Shown: piece after piece, positions 1 to 13,000 of the stretch | Numbering within the stretch: position 1 is the first letter of the stretch | Layout: every line of letters starts with the position of its first letter | DNA from: Mobula hypostoma | Taxonomy: Eukaryota | Assembly: GCF_963921235.1 (NCBI RefSeq) | Contig: NC_086108.1 | Location: forward strand, 70,806,001-70,870,000 | Direction of reading: 5' to 3' | DNA: 64,000 nucleotides | Position numbers and translations under genes: made by a program | Notes under the pieces: model-generated | Seen by the model: the letters and a program-made list of their open reading frames with translations, nothing else | Databases searched by the model: none | What the model was told of the DNA's origin: nothing

Positions 1-666
1 TGCTGAAATGGACTCCCCTTCCTTTTAATTTCACTTATGAAACCTAATATGTTCTGCTATCAACAATGGTTTTGGTTCTAAATATTCCTGCATTACTTTC
101 ATGATATCAGCAAGTCTCATTTCAGCTGGTTTGGTTGGAGGAATCAAACCTCTGAGCAAATTGTATGCTTTTCCACCTATTACACTCAGCAAAACTGGTA
201 CCCAGCTCTCATTGGCTATTTAATTTGCTTTAAAATACTGCTCAATTCACTCAGTAGACATCAGCCAGCTATTCTTTTTGTGTAATCTACATCTATCTTT
301 TGGATGCAGCCAGCCATTTCTGCTCTCTTTTTTTAATTGATTATCATCACCTGGTACTCGCTGTTTATGAACCTGTGAATTCATCCGTTTTCTGCCTTTT
401 ACTGAACTTGAATGACCCACCGTGTTTTAACAGGTAGGTAGCGGACTCTGGTTTATTTAGTACTTCCTCATCACCAACATAACTCCAAAATATAAAACTA
501 ATTGAAAGGTGCGTGTCTTAGTGCGGCATGTACTCATGACATGGTGGCATAATGGCATATACCATTCAGGTACTTTTACATATAACGGTAATGAATTATG
601 TAATCTACAAAGAATGCTAATCCAACAATATATTTACAATATTACAGAAATATTAAATACACAACA
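1..666 (-). mobile_element. 5' part of a decayed Gypsy/Ty3 LTR retrotransposon: 5' LTR (~478-666), PBS-like site (464-476), start of gag (ATG at 317, running off the window edge)
   Basis: Minus strand starts TGTTGTGTATTT at 666. TGGTGATGAGGAA follows the LTR. The minus-strand translation has gag-like segments with stops (EQYFKAN...VPVLLSVIGGKAYNLLRGLIPPTKPAE...EYLEPKPLLIAE..RFHK..KEGESISA). The same LTR sequence recurs at ~46040-46189. Confidence 0.7.
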
Positions 667-669
667 GCC

Positions 670-1275
670 TTCAGCTGTCATGCGCTGAGTACAGAGGTTT
701 GACATTATGTTGCCGTTGCACAAGTTGTTGGTGAGGTTGTTCATGGAGTATTGTGTGCAGTTTTTGTCACTATTATAGGAAAGATGATGTTAAACTGGAA
801 AGAGTGCAGAACAGATTTACTGTACTAGGATGTTCCCGGGACTTGAGGGACTCACTTATAGGGAAAGGTTTGGTAAGCTAGGTCTTTATTCCTTGGAATG
901 TAGGAGAACATGGGATGCTCTTATAGAACAGCTTAAAATTATGAGAGGGAATGATGGGGTGGATGGTAATAGTCTTTTCTCCAGGGATCCAGAACTTAAG
1001 GGGTATAGTGTAGATAAAGGGTGAGAGGGGGAAGATTTAAAAGGGACCTGAGGGGCAACTTTTTCATGCGGAGAGTGGTGAGTATATGGAATGAGTTCCA
1101 GAAGTGGTTGAGGTATGTACAACAGTCTCATTTAAGAAGCACTTGCATAGTTACATGGAGGGCGAGACTAAGGAGGAGTATGGGCTGAATGCAAGAAATT
1201 GGAACTAACTGGGTGGGCACCATGATCGGCATGGATTCATTGGGCTGAAGGGCCTGTATCTGTGCTGTACTGCTA
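670..1275 (+). mobile_element. CR1 LINE 3' fragment (RT C-terminus and 3' UTR), decayed
   Basis: ORF 830..1024 (PGLEGLTYRER..LGLYSLE.RR) is typical of the CR1 ORF2 C-terminus. It ends in the GGGCTGAAGGGCCTGT..CTGTGCTGT 3' motif shared with other CR1 copies here. Confidence 0.75.
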
Positions 1276-3456
1276 ATGTTAGAAGCCTGAAACTTACTTG
1301 TGGATGATATCAGGTAACTGTAGTAATGTAATTCCTCATTTAATATTTTTTTGAAATCATTCTGCGTGTGCAGGTTCTGAGCTAATTGACCTAGTGTTTC
1401 TTCCAATGAGATTTGTCCAATGGTATGTAGGAGTTGGAAGGCTGCTGAACATCTGCTGAGGCACTTGAAGTGATCAGAGGGGACGTTTCTGCGGAGTTCT
1501 GGGCTTTGAGAATCAGGTTGTAGGTTGCAGTGTTTGGGTATCAGCAAGCTTATTCAAGAACCTTCAAACCCACCAAGATTGACTCCAAAAGTGGGGAGGC
1601 TTTCATAAGCCTGACCCATGAAGCTGGACCTCTGTACTAATTCCCCTGAGTAAAAAGCAAGTTTATGGGAGTACTTAAGATCTAGAGGCACCTGTCCATC
1701 TGGAAGCTGTCAAGCTGCCCAGTGTTCCTGAAAAGATGAAGCATGCACCAGACCTTTCTATGAAAGATCAAGAGATGTGGTGTGTTAGGTACTGCAGAGA
1801 GCTGGAGATGGAATCCAAACTGACGTAGGACTGTTACAAATTCACAGACATCCATTCAGGCCCAGAGATATGTTTTGTTGTCATCCATTTGCTGAAAACT
1901 TTTATGGATTCCATACAATTTAGGGTGGGAATGAGGCCAAAGTACCTAAGATTGAAGCAGAAAGGCCAGGACTGGGGGGAGGACAGTAGGGGAATCCAGA
2001 AGGGACAAAGCTACAAGTCCCAGACCATCAGCCTAAATATAGACACACAAGAAATTAAGGTGAAATTATGTAAATTATAATTCGGACTGTTATATTTTGC
2101 TTGGAAATAAAGATGAGGAATGTGGAGGTGAACTTAGGTTTGTGAAAATTATTAATATAATCTACATGTGTGTAATGAGTTTAGTGTCATTATTTCAAGA
2201 CGAAAAGATCTCCTCCTGTATTAAATATCTAAACATAAGACATCTTTTCCACAGATTGTTTTTATGGACAAGGTTAAGGAAAGATTTAATACATAAAATT
2301 ATCAGCAGCATTGATAGAGAAATTCTTCCTGCTGAGAGAGCACATAGACTTTGACAAAAAAAACCTGAGCAGAGAATTTTCTTTTATTAAAAATTGCATT
2401 AAATTCTTTAAACCACCTGAAATGACAATGGAATCAAATTCAATAGCAACACTCAACTGAAAAAAAAAATTGACATTTAGAAGAACTATTAAAACGAAAT
2501 AGTTGGCTAGTTTTCTCAGAGCTCACATATGCAAAATGGATCAATTGTTCAAAGTAAACTTATCAAATTAATAAGTTACCTTGAGATTCATTTTCTTGCA
2601 GGAAAAAATAAATGCAATAAAATTTTAGAAAAACAGACTGCAAACGACCAACATGCAAAAGAAGACAAACTGCAAATTTAAAAAAAAATACTGAGAACAT
2701 GAGTTTTAAAGAGTCCCTGAAAGTGTTCAGGAACCTGATTTATTGTAGGGTAATAACTCTTCCTGCATCTGCTGCTATGGGCCCTGAAGTTTCTGTACCT
2801 CCGGCCTTATAGCAGCAAGAAAAAGGCATGGCTTCGATAACAGGGTGAATGATACCTGTTTGATTTTATGAATCACCAGTGATCTAGAATAAATATTAAA
2901 TTAGGTGACAGACTGTATGTAGACAGTGACTACGAGAAAAAGATGTTTCATTTATCTATTGTTTCTATGCATAACATGGTATCTTTTCACATTCCATGGC
3001 AGAGATATGTCAGCAATCTGTTTTCCAAGTGTTATCTTCCAATTATAAAAAACTGTTTAAGGAAGCCATCTTTGATTTGAACCTCCCTTATTATGGGAAT
3101 TTTTCTGTCTCCAGGCGGAATCCTGTCCTTCACAATCCATACAATGTTGAACAGATGTTTTTCATTTTTCTATTTTATCAAACAAAAAACTGACCTTCTG
3201 TGACAAAGGCCCGTCACTAACTACGGACAGCACATGGCACACTCAGTAAAACACTCATCCCCAGCAGTAATAGTCATTGGGTCTGAAACAGCTCCTGCAT
3301 AGAGCTGTCTCATATAGAGGCAGCAGCAACCTGCACAGGTGTGCTGATGGTGGAGGATACCATCTTTAATTGGATAATTGAGTTAATTAGCTTTTGGTTG
3401 GTCTGGGGGAAGGGCTTAGCAGTTATAAGCCTCAGGTTACCAAGGCTTTGGGGTTG

Positions 3457-4347
3457 ATGGAAAAGTATAGTGATTATACTCACATTTATACGGATGGTGC
3501 GAAGGAACCTGAAACAGGAGTGACAGGGTTTGGGGTGGTAATACCAGCAAAAGAAATTGGAATCAGCAGAAGAACATCTAATAAGTTAGGGGTGTTTACA
3601 GTGGAGATGCTGGCAGTGTTGGTTGCGTTGCAATGGGTGCAGAGAGCCAGACAAGCCAAAGCATTGATATGTTCAGATTCATCCTCAGTTCTAGCAAGTT
3701 TAAGGTCTTTTCACACAAACAGTCAGCAAGATGTACTTTATGAAGTCCTTCAGTTAGTTACAAGAATTGCAAATCAGGGAGGTCAGGTAAAATTTCTATG
3801 GGTTCCAGCACATGTAGGGGTGAAGGGGAATGATAGGGTGGATGAGTTGGCAAAGAGGGCGTTAAAGAAAGAAAATGTGGAAATGCACATTAGTATCAGT
3901 AAAGCAGAGGTTAAGTGTGTAATCTGGGAAAAAGTGAACCGAATGTGGCAAGAAAGATGGGACGGGGAGGGGAAAGGGAGGCACTTATATCAAATACAAA
4001 AGAGTGTTGCAGTTACTAGGGTAGGTAATGGAAACAGAAGAGAGGAAACTGTGTGGACTAGGTTAAGGCTGGGGCATTGTGCATTAAACAAAACATTGAA
4101 AATGATAGGGAAACACCAGACAGGATTGTGTGAGGAATGTCAGGAAGAGGAGTCAGTAGAACATGTAGTTCTGAGTTGCAGGAAGTATGGGATACAGAGA
4201 GAGATGATGAGAAATAAATTAAGGGAGTTGGGAATGCAGGAATTCACATTAAAAGGGTTGCTGGGCATGGGTGAGAGAGCACAAGTCCGGGTATTTTTAG
4301 CGTTTTTAAGGGGTACAGGGTTTTTTTTTATAGAATATGACGAATAA
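3457..4347 (+). CDS. Retrotransposon ORF2 C-terminal fragment (RNase H + CCHC), 296 codons from the first ATG inside the element; not a host gene
   Basis: ORF track 3394..4347. The first 21 codons lie essentially outside the element (flank plus TSD). Confidence 0.6.
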   Translation: MEKYSDYTHIYTDGAKEPETGVTGFGVVIPAKEIGISRRTSNKLGVFTVEMLAVLVALQWVQRARQAKALICSDSSSVLASLRSFHTNSQQDVLYEVLQLVTRIANQGGQVKFLWVPAHVGVKGNDRVDELAKRALKKENVEMHISISKAEVKCVIWEKVNRMWQERWDGEGKGRHLYQIQKSVAVTRVGNGNRREETVWTRLRLGHCALNKTLKMIGKHQTGLCEECQEEESVEHVVLSCRKYGIQREMMRNKLRELGMQEFTLKGLLGMGERAQVRVFLAFLRGTGFFFIEYDE

Positions 4348-4397
4348 ACAGGAATAGGATACTAGGATGGTCAAGGATGGGAGGGTGAAGTGTAGGT

Positions 4398-4398
4398 T

Positions 4399-4429
<31 letters not shown>

Positions 4430-5924
4430 GTATATGTATGTATATGTATGTATATGTATATGTATATGTATGTATATGTATATATATGTATATGTGTATG
4501 TATGTATATGTATATATATGTATATGTGTATGTATGTATATGTATATATATGTATATGTATATATGTGTGTATGTATATATATGTATATGTATATATGTG
4601 TGTATGTATATATGTGTGTATGTATATATGTGTGTATGTATATATGTGTGTATGTATATATGTGTGTATGTATATGTATATGTGTGTATATGTATATATA
4701 TATGTATATGTATATGTATATGTGTATGTATATATGTGTATATATATGTATATGTGTATATATATGTATATGCATATATATGTATATGTATGTATATGTA
4801 TATATATGTATATGCATATATATGTATATGTATGTGTATGTATATGTATATATATGTATATGTATGTATGTGTATATATGTATATGTATGTATATGTATA
4901 TATGTGTGTATGTATGTATATGTATATATATGTGTATGTATGTATATGTATATATATATGTATATGTATATATGTATGTGTGTATATATATATGTATGTA
5001 TATGTATGTATATGTATATATATATGTATATATATGTATATGTATATATATATATATGTATATATATGTGTATATATATGTATATATATATGTATATGTA
5101 TGTATATGTATGTATATGTGTATATGTATGTATATGTATGTATATGTGTATATGTATGTATATGTATATATGTGTATATGTATATATATGTATGTATATG
5201 TATATATGTATATATATGTATGTATATATGTATATGTATATATATGTATATGTATATATATATATGTGTATATATGTGTGTATATATATATGTATATGTA
5301 TATATGTGTATATATGTATATGCATATGTGTATATATATATATGTATATATGTGTGTATGTATATATGTGTATATATATGTATATGTATATATATGTATA
5401 TGTGTGTATATGTATATGTATGTATATGTACATGTATGTATATGTATATGTATGTATATGTATATATATGTATATATGTATATGTATATATATATATGTA
5501 TATGTATATATATATGTATATATGTGTATATATATGTATATATGTGTATATATATGTATATGTATGTGTATATATATGTATGTGTATATATGTATCTGTA
5601 TATATATGTGTATATGTATATATATGAATAAATGTGTATATATGTGTATATGTGTGTGTATATATGTGTGTGTATATATATGTGTGTGTATATATATGTG
5701 TGTGTGTATATATATGTGTGTATATATATGTGTGTGTGTATATATATGTGTGTATATATATGTGTGTGTGTATATATATGTATATGTATATATGTGTGTA
5801 TATATATGTATATATGTGTGTATATATATGTATATATGTGTGTATATATATGTATATATGTGTGTATATATGTATATATGTATGTGTATATATGTGTGTG
5901 TATATGTGTGTATATATATGTATG

Positions 5925-5961
<37 letters not shown>
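4398..5961. repeat. ~1.56 kb compound (TA)n/(TATG)n/(TG)n microsatellite
   Basis: Directly visible. Almost strictly alternating purine-pyrimidine, becoming TG-rich toward the 3' end. Confidence 0.98.
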
Positions 5962-5962
<1 letters not shown>

Positions 5963-7109
5963 AGATTGGGTGAAGGGATTTAGAATGTATGTCTAGTGCA
6001 CATTCTGGAGCAGAGGGTGGCGGTAATGCACCATTAAGCTGGATGCCAACCGCCGTAAAACAAGATACAGACAGACAGGCTTTGGGGTTAGTTTTCTTTG
6101 GTGTTTAGTCTGAAAGTGGCTATATATAGATATAGATAGGCTTTTCCCCCAGTTTTTGTCGTTTTGAGGTAAATAAAAGCACCTCAATTTATTTTTGCGA
6201 CTTAAGCCATCCGGTTATTTTTCTTAAACAATTGACCCAGTTTTTTGTGACACCTTCCAATTTTTTAATATAAAAAAATTGACTTCACTATTCATCTTCA
6301 CTACGAAAACCTGAGAAGTTCTTTAAAATCATTGTTTCTTTACTCACCACACGGCCACTTTAATTTTCCTTGTACCATCATCCCCTTGGCCATTTAGATT
6401 CTATTGCTATCCCTGATCTTTCTGGTTTTGTTTTGCCCCAGGTATCACTATTCCACACCACTTGACTTGTTGGACTGCTGTTGCAACTTGTCATCACGTG
6501 AATAAAAGTAAAAGATAACAGTTTCTGTTTCCAATATTTAGAACTTTTCAGTTTTTACCCACCTTTGGTTAAAACCGCCACAAAATTTGTATATTTTCTC
6601 AAAATACAACACATTGAAAGGATGGCATAAATAGTTAAATATTTGCTGAATAGGTATTGTGAGGTCATGTAGTCAGCAGACAGCAATTTTCTTGCAGATG
6701 CTTCATATGACTTAGTATAAACAGCAAATGATATGAAATGTTAGCTGGAGCTTCAAAGTCTGAACTGAAGCCATAACTTAAGCAGGTACTGTTCAGATAC
6801 AAGATCATAATATTGTTTAGAATATGGGAGAATTTCATCGGTTGAATGAGATAACATGTTGCCATGCAATGCAAAGTAAATGCTTGGTTTTATTTGAAGT
6901 AGTATTTCTAAAACAAGTGGCGAAGTTGTAATTCCAAACCCTGAATAAAAGCATGACTAACTGTGGCTCAGTAGGTTTAAACTACTGGTGGAGGGATGGG
7001 AACCAGAGCAGCAGATTGCAGAATGTAGGGATGGAAAAGAAGATGGATGTCAGGATCAGTAAAAACAGACAGGAGCAAAGTACAGTAATAGATAGGATGA
7101 TACGGATAG

Positions 7110-7980
7110 TTCAAAGTGTGTGTATTTTAATGTGAGGAGTATTATGGGTAAAGAGAATGAATTTGGAGCATGGATCAGTATGTGGAACTACAATGTGGTG
7201 GTCGTTACAGGGACTTGGTTGAGTGGGACAGGAATGGGTGCTTAATGTCCCAGATTTTTGCTCTTTTAAGAAAGATAGAGGGGGAGGTTTAAGAGGTGGG
7301 GGAGTTACACCACTAATCAGGGTCAATTTCACAGCTGCACTTGGGACAAAATGGTGGGCTTGTCCACAGAGTCTGTATGGGTAGACCTCAATAATAGGAA
7401 GGGTGCAATCACTGTGATGGGATTGCACTATAACCACTCTTCCCATAGCCACTGAAGCATTGAGAAACAGATTCGCAGACAGACGAAAGAAAGGTATAAA
7501 GACAATGGTTTTTTTGTTGTCGGGGACTACAACTTCTCTAATATAAACTGGGACCTTCTCACTGCAAGAGGTTCAGATGGGGCAGAATTTGTAAGACACT
7601 GTATTCCATCTGCCAATACTTTGCCCATTCCCCTAATCTAAGTCTTTTTGTAGCCTCTGTACTTCCTCAAAACTACCTGCCCCTCCACCCATTTCTGTAT
7701 CATCCGCAAACTTTGCCACAAAGCTATCAATGTTGTATATAATGCAATAAGGAGGGGCTGTACTGTATGTTTTTTTTTAAAACACAAAGTGCAGGTGCCT
7801 GGAATGTGCTGCCTGAGTCAGTGGTAGAGGCATACACTATAGGGACTTTCAATAGACGTTTAGATAGTTACACAAATGTGAGGAAAATAATTAGGCTATT
7901 AATGTTGTGCAGGCAGAAGAAATTAAGTTTACTAATTTGCTTGGCTTGGCCAAAGGACCTGTCCCTGTTCTATTCTACTG
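7110..7980. mobile_element. Mosaic of decayed CR1 pieces: APE-endonuclease fragment (+, ~7110-7590), RT fragment (-, ~7593-7745), 3' end (+, ~7770-7980)
   Basis: + translation CVYFNVRSIMGKENEF..WISMWNYNVVVVT.TW resembles the CR1 APE N-terminus. AWNVLPESVVEA matches the CR1 ORF2 end. Confidence 0.6.
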
Positions 7981-9627
7981 TCAAAGATACTTGGATCATA
8001 ATTTTTTTCCCCCGATTCTGGTATTTGGCCTGGACAGCAAGTGAAGCCCTTGACCATGTCTGCATGCTTTTATGCATTGAGCTGCTGCCACATGATGGGC
8101 TGATTAGATATTTGCATTAACGAGCAGGTGTACTAATAAAGTGCCTGCTGAATGTATGTTTTAACAGCAGCACCTTTCATATATCCTTCTCTGATTACAA
8201 GTTCCAGCAGCATCATGATAAACTTGCAATGCTTTCTTTCTTTCCATGAGAACACCAACAGGCCAAGCACTACAGTACCTGAACAGTGTCAGCTTTATCA
8301 GCAAATTTAACAGTCGGAAAACTGGTCGTCGAAGGAAGGAAATTTTTGAAATGGGATTTCAGGGTAACCAAAGCAACTATAGACTGAGAAACCACCCACG
8401 GTTTATTAAGGTAAAGTCTGTATATTCCAATTCCTTTCTATTCAATAGGTAGGACCAGATCTGACTATGAGAAGGTCCATCCTCCCTTTAGTTAGGCACA
8501 GGCCATCAGGATAAAAATAATATTGATTACGTGATAGTTCTAACACCTTTCCAAGGTACAGACTGAAGGGATGGAGCAGTTTCCTGTAGTTATTGGAACT
8601 GCACTTAAGATTGAAGCTACATAGCAGGTATGTAAAGAGGAGATATCCCATGATTTCTGCAAGTGGAGATTAAAGAAGCCAAAACAAATGTTAATCTCTT
8701 GGTACTGCTGCAGCAAGAGTTTGGTTGCAAAGCTTAATGAGCAATTAACACAGCCTTTGAAGACCAAAGCATTCAAAGGCCTGTCCACTGCTAACTCTGT
8801 CGTCTGGGGAGGATTGAAGGAGACCAAGGTCGAAGGAAAGGGTAGCAGTGTGTTTAGAACCTGGAGGCAGGAGCATTAAAGTGGGGGTTTGGGATCATGA
8901 ACAGCTGCCCCTAGGAGCATGATGTGGGGAGGTGGGAAAGAAAAACCCAAGAATTAGCTCCCCTAAGGGTTTGTTTCCTTCAAAAAATAAAGTTTAAAAA
9001 GTTGCATATCTAAATTGTCCATTTAAAAAAAAATCAAGCCTCAGGAAAGCTATCTCTTTAAACAAACCCCTGGGCATGGTGCTCAGTGGTGTCAACATGT
9101 TAGCTCACCAGATGTAAGGAGGGCCCTAATGGAAAACTGAGCAGAGCATACCTTGCAGCAAATCTGAGGCTTCAAATATCATAATCCTTCGAAATCGGGA
9201 TTTGTTGGTGGATATTGTTATGTATATCAAATCCTGAGTATGGAGCTTCAAGCACCGAGGCAGAAAGGTGAAGGGAGAGTTCCCTGGGTAATCCTCCATG
9301 ACCCAAAGGTAACACTCATTGAAAGCTGCTGAAGTGGAGGAGCAGTGAACTGAGCCTGGAACAGCCCTTTCCTCAACTGCCCAGCTCTCCGACCACACTC
9401 CCCAGGACTCTACGTCAGGCCATCAAAAAACACTCAGCTTTTGGTCCAGTTTTAGTTTTATACCCAAACACACCTCCACTCTTCAGGAGTGAATAATGCC
9501 AGAAAGTTCCAGAGGAATACATCACAGATAAGTCCAATTCTGCTTTTCTCATTCACATTTTTTTTATTTGAAGAAATGTGTTCCAGTAAAGATTTAAAAA
9601 AAAACAAGTTTACACAAGAATTTAAAA

Positions 9628-10076
9628 TCATTGTCCAAACTTTAACTGATGCGAGAATTCCTTTTGCTCCCTATGCAAATCCTGTGCTCTGTTTTTGAAA
9701 AGTTCTGCCTTTTCATTGTCTTTGGTTGTACCCTCTCCTAATTTGTACATTCGACTGGTGTTTGCACAAGCCCAGATGTGACCCAGGTCACATGCTTTAA
9801 GAGAGTATTTCAGGGCCTGGGCCATATCCTTGGTAACACCTGGAGCTCCCTGGATATACAAAGTACTTAAATTAAAACAGCTAGCTGCAAAGTTCCCATT
9901 GCAGGCCCTTGTATAGTAATCCCTGGCTTTCACAGAATCTGGTTTATTATCAAATATTCGTCCATCATGAGCCAATAAAGCAGCATTATGACAGGCATCT
10001 ACTGACTTCTTACCACCTTTTTCACATGATTTAACAAAGTATTCATATGCAGCCTTCAGATTTTGTTGTAATCCAC
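9628..10076 (-). CDS. COA7: COA7 coding exon 3 (to stop)
   Basis: Acceptor tttttaaacag|GT; encodes [20 protein letters not shown]...KFGQ*. Confidence 0.95.
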
Positions 10077-13000
10077 CTGTTTAAAAACATAATCAAAGAT
10101 TTAGTTATGTCAAAAACAATCCTCTTCAATTGCTTATCAATGCATTCCTCTATAAACAGAAAACATTAGTAATGCTTCAACTGGTACCTCCGTGCAGTTA
10201 CTAAGTCACAATCTTTATCAATGTGATCTGGGACATATTAACCTACCCAGAAGACCATAAGACAACAAGAGCAGAATTAGGCCATTTGGCCCATTGAGTC
10301 TGCTCCACCTTTTGATCATGGATGATTTATTTTCCCTCTCAACCCCATTCTCCTGCCATCTTCCCATAACCTTTGACACCCTTTCTAATCAAAAACCAAT
10401 CAACCTATTAATGATTTGCCTCCAGAGCCACCTGTGGCATTGAATTCCACAGACTCACTATTCTCTGGCTAAAGAAATCCCTCCTTATCGCTGCTGTAAA
10501 GGGATGTCCTCGTATTCTGAGGCTCTGCCCTCTGCTTCTGGACTCGTGGAAAATCATCTCCACCTCCACTCTACATATCTAGGCCTTTCAATATTTGCAA
10601 ACACGAGGAAATCTGCAGATGCTGGAAATTCAAGCAACACACACAAAAAATGCTGGTGAACGCAGCAGGCCAGGCAGCATCTATGGGAAGAAGTACAGTC
10701 GACATTTCGGGCCAAGACCCTTCGTCAGGACTAACTGAAAGAAGAGATCTCTTCTTTCAGTTAGACCTGATGAAGAGCCTCGGCCCGAAACGTCGACTGT
10801 ACTTCTTCCTATAGATGCTGCCTGGCCTGCTGCGTTCACCAGCATTTTTTGTGTGTGTTGCTTTGTTGCTTTCAATATTCGATGGGTTTAATTAATAACT
10901 CACTTCAATTAGCTTTTTTTTTGGTCTGCATTGTTAGATCTATGGATTTAACTAAAATACTCAGTACTGCAAGCAAATTGGACAAGATTTTTCGAAAAGT
11001 ATGTGACATTGCAGTACTATATCAGACTACTAACTGTGAATTTATGTCAGATTGGAGATTTTTCAGTTGTAAGAAGTTGGTTCAGATGGCTATTTAAAAG
11101 GTACAGTTGTTTGGAAGTAAGGGGCATTATTTCAGAAACTGAAAAGAATGGCCAGTGTAGGTTCAAGTTTGATTATTTTTGCAATGCTATTTAATGCTAC
11201 CCATATCAAATCAGCTTAGTGACTTGGTATTTGATGTTATAGATATGTTCAGAGAATGCTCTACTTGGTTCTTGTGTTAGTGCAGGTAAAGTCTGCAGTT
11301 AAACTCCATTAGTGCAGTCTAACCCTGCGGATTGTACAAAAACCAGGAACCTGCTCAAATGGAAGTACACCAGGGTACCAATGCACCTAGCCTTCAGCTC
11401 CATACAACAGCCTCCCACCCATAACATCAGCATGACTAACACGAACTACCTCATCAGCTCTTTTAGATCTCTTGGAAATCTCGTCAGTTATTAGAGACCT
11501 GTCAACATTGACTCTGTTAGCAAAGAGTGTATTCAAACATATTTCAAAAGGCCAGAAGACAACTTGTACCTTTTCCAGTCACATAGTAAGAACCAAGCTT
11601 ATAGCAGCTTTCTCCATGATTGTTTTCCTCGCAATTATGCTTCAATATCTTAGCAGCTGCCTCATAATTCTTCTTAATTCCTTCCAAATAATCAGCAAGC
11701 CGTTGACATCCTGCCAAGAAGGAAATGTTAAGATAATTTATCTGACATCTAACTAGATGATTATCCACATAGTATAGCTTAGCTGCCCAATCAGTGTTTC
11801 AGCTATTAAATGAATCTGAAACCAAGAAAGAAAATGACTTGCGTAATAAAATACAGTGATGACATAGATTGATTTTAGTGACACATCAAAGAACACTCGA
11901 GGCCAACCTCAAAAGTTTGATGAACCTACAAAATCGCATTGAACACTCAATGTTCCAGTCCAGAGCAAGTCCTCTGCTGGCACCGTTCTATGAACTGGCT
12001 TCTGTCACATTACCCAGAAACGTGAAATTAAATCAGGTGGCAACTGGCCTGCAACTATCTACAGTATTTCCGTTTTCCATCTTTGATTTCTGAACCCTCC
12101 CCACACAAACCTTTGTACACGTGTGGATATCACAAAGGTAATTCAATGTCACAACAAAGTTTTGAATACATGTGATCAGCCTCCAATCTCTGCCTAAGTC
12201 ATTCCAGAACAGCTACTGGTATCTGCTTGATAGTGCTGAAAAGATCCCAGGCAAGTCATGTCCACAGAAATCACATTTGTTCTCTTATATAGAAGCTGTG
12301 AACTGAGTCTATGTTGGTTCTTGCAGCAACCTGATCAATTCCTTTATCTCACATTTCTCTGTAATACCAAATGCCTATCTGCCGAATCATGATTTTTTAA
12401 TAAATCACCTGTGCCAGGGCCAATTTACAGATTCCAAATCAATTACCAACCAACATGGGGAAGGCAACATGAGAAACCCTAACCCTACCTGGTCAGAGGG
12501 GAAACTTACAAACTCCACTGACTGCTCTTAAAAGTCAAGATCAAACCCAAGCCACTGGAGTTTTGAGAAACAAAAAAAAAGGAATAGGCCATTCAGCCCT
12601 TTGGATCTGGTCTCCGAGCCAATTGTGGTCAATCATCCATTTCAATTACCCTGTTTCCATATTTGCTGCACAATACTCATTTTTTCTTTCTTTCTTTTTA
12701 AATCTTTTTATTAAATTAGTACACAAAAAGTAAACCATGTAGACACTAATATACTGTTGCAATATAAATTTGCAAGAGATATTAATACACAAAAAAAGTT
12801 AGTACAAACAGTGCAGTTTAGATATAAAATAACAAAGTAATATAATAGTATACTAATTTTCCATACATATCAGTAAAGAGAAGAAACCCCCCCCAAAAAA
12901 AAACCCCACCGTGCAATTAATCTAAAAAGCAAAGCAAAGCAAAGCGATGGGCTAACTAGGTATCAAGTACACTTAAACAATTTAAAACAATCACGTCCTC

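Larger units (their letters stand above)
3456..6076 (+). mobile_element. 5'-truncated RNase H-containing non-LTR retrotransposon (I-group, Nimb-like), bounded by a 13-bp TSD
   Basis: TSD AGGCTTTGGGGTT at 3443-3455 and 6077-6089. Uninterrupted ORF with RNase H motifs ([31 protein letters not shown]) and a C-terminal CCHC knuckle (CEEC-x7-H-x4-C). 3' hairpin GGCGGT(6019-6024)...ACCGCC(6049-6054) and a (CAGA)n tail. Confidence 0.85.

Noticed and set aside
3394..3455. N-terminal 21 codons of the 317-aa RNase H ORF
   Set aside because: They lie in flanking DNA and the TSD and start from a non-ATG codon; this is a chance open frame.
4306..5983. Long ORFs (up to 538 aa) rich in Y/I/H/T or V/C/M/Y
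   Set aside because: They are translations of the TA/TG microsatellite, which lacks stop codons by composition.
8540..9420. Short ORFs downstream of COA7
   Set aside because: No recognisable domains or consistent splice structure; probably UTR or decayed repeat.
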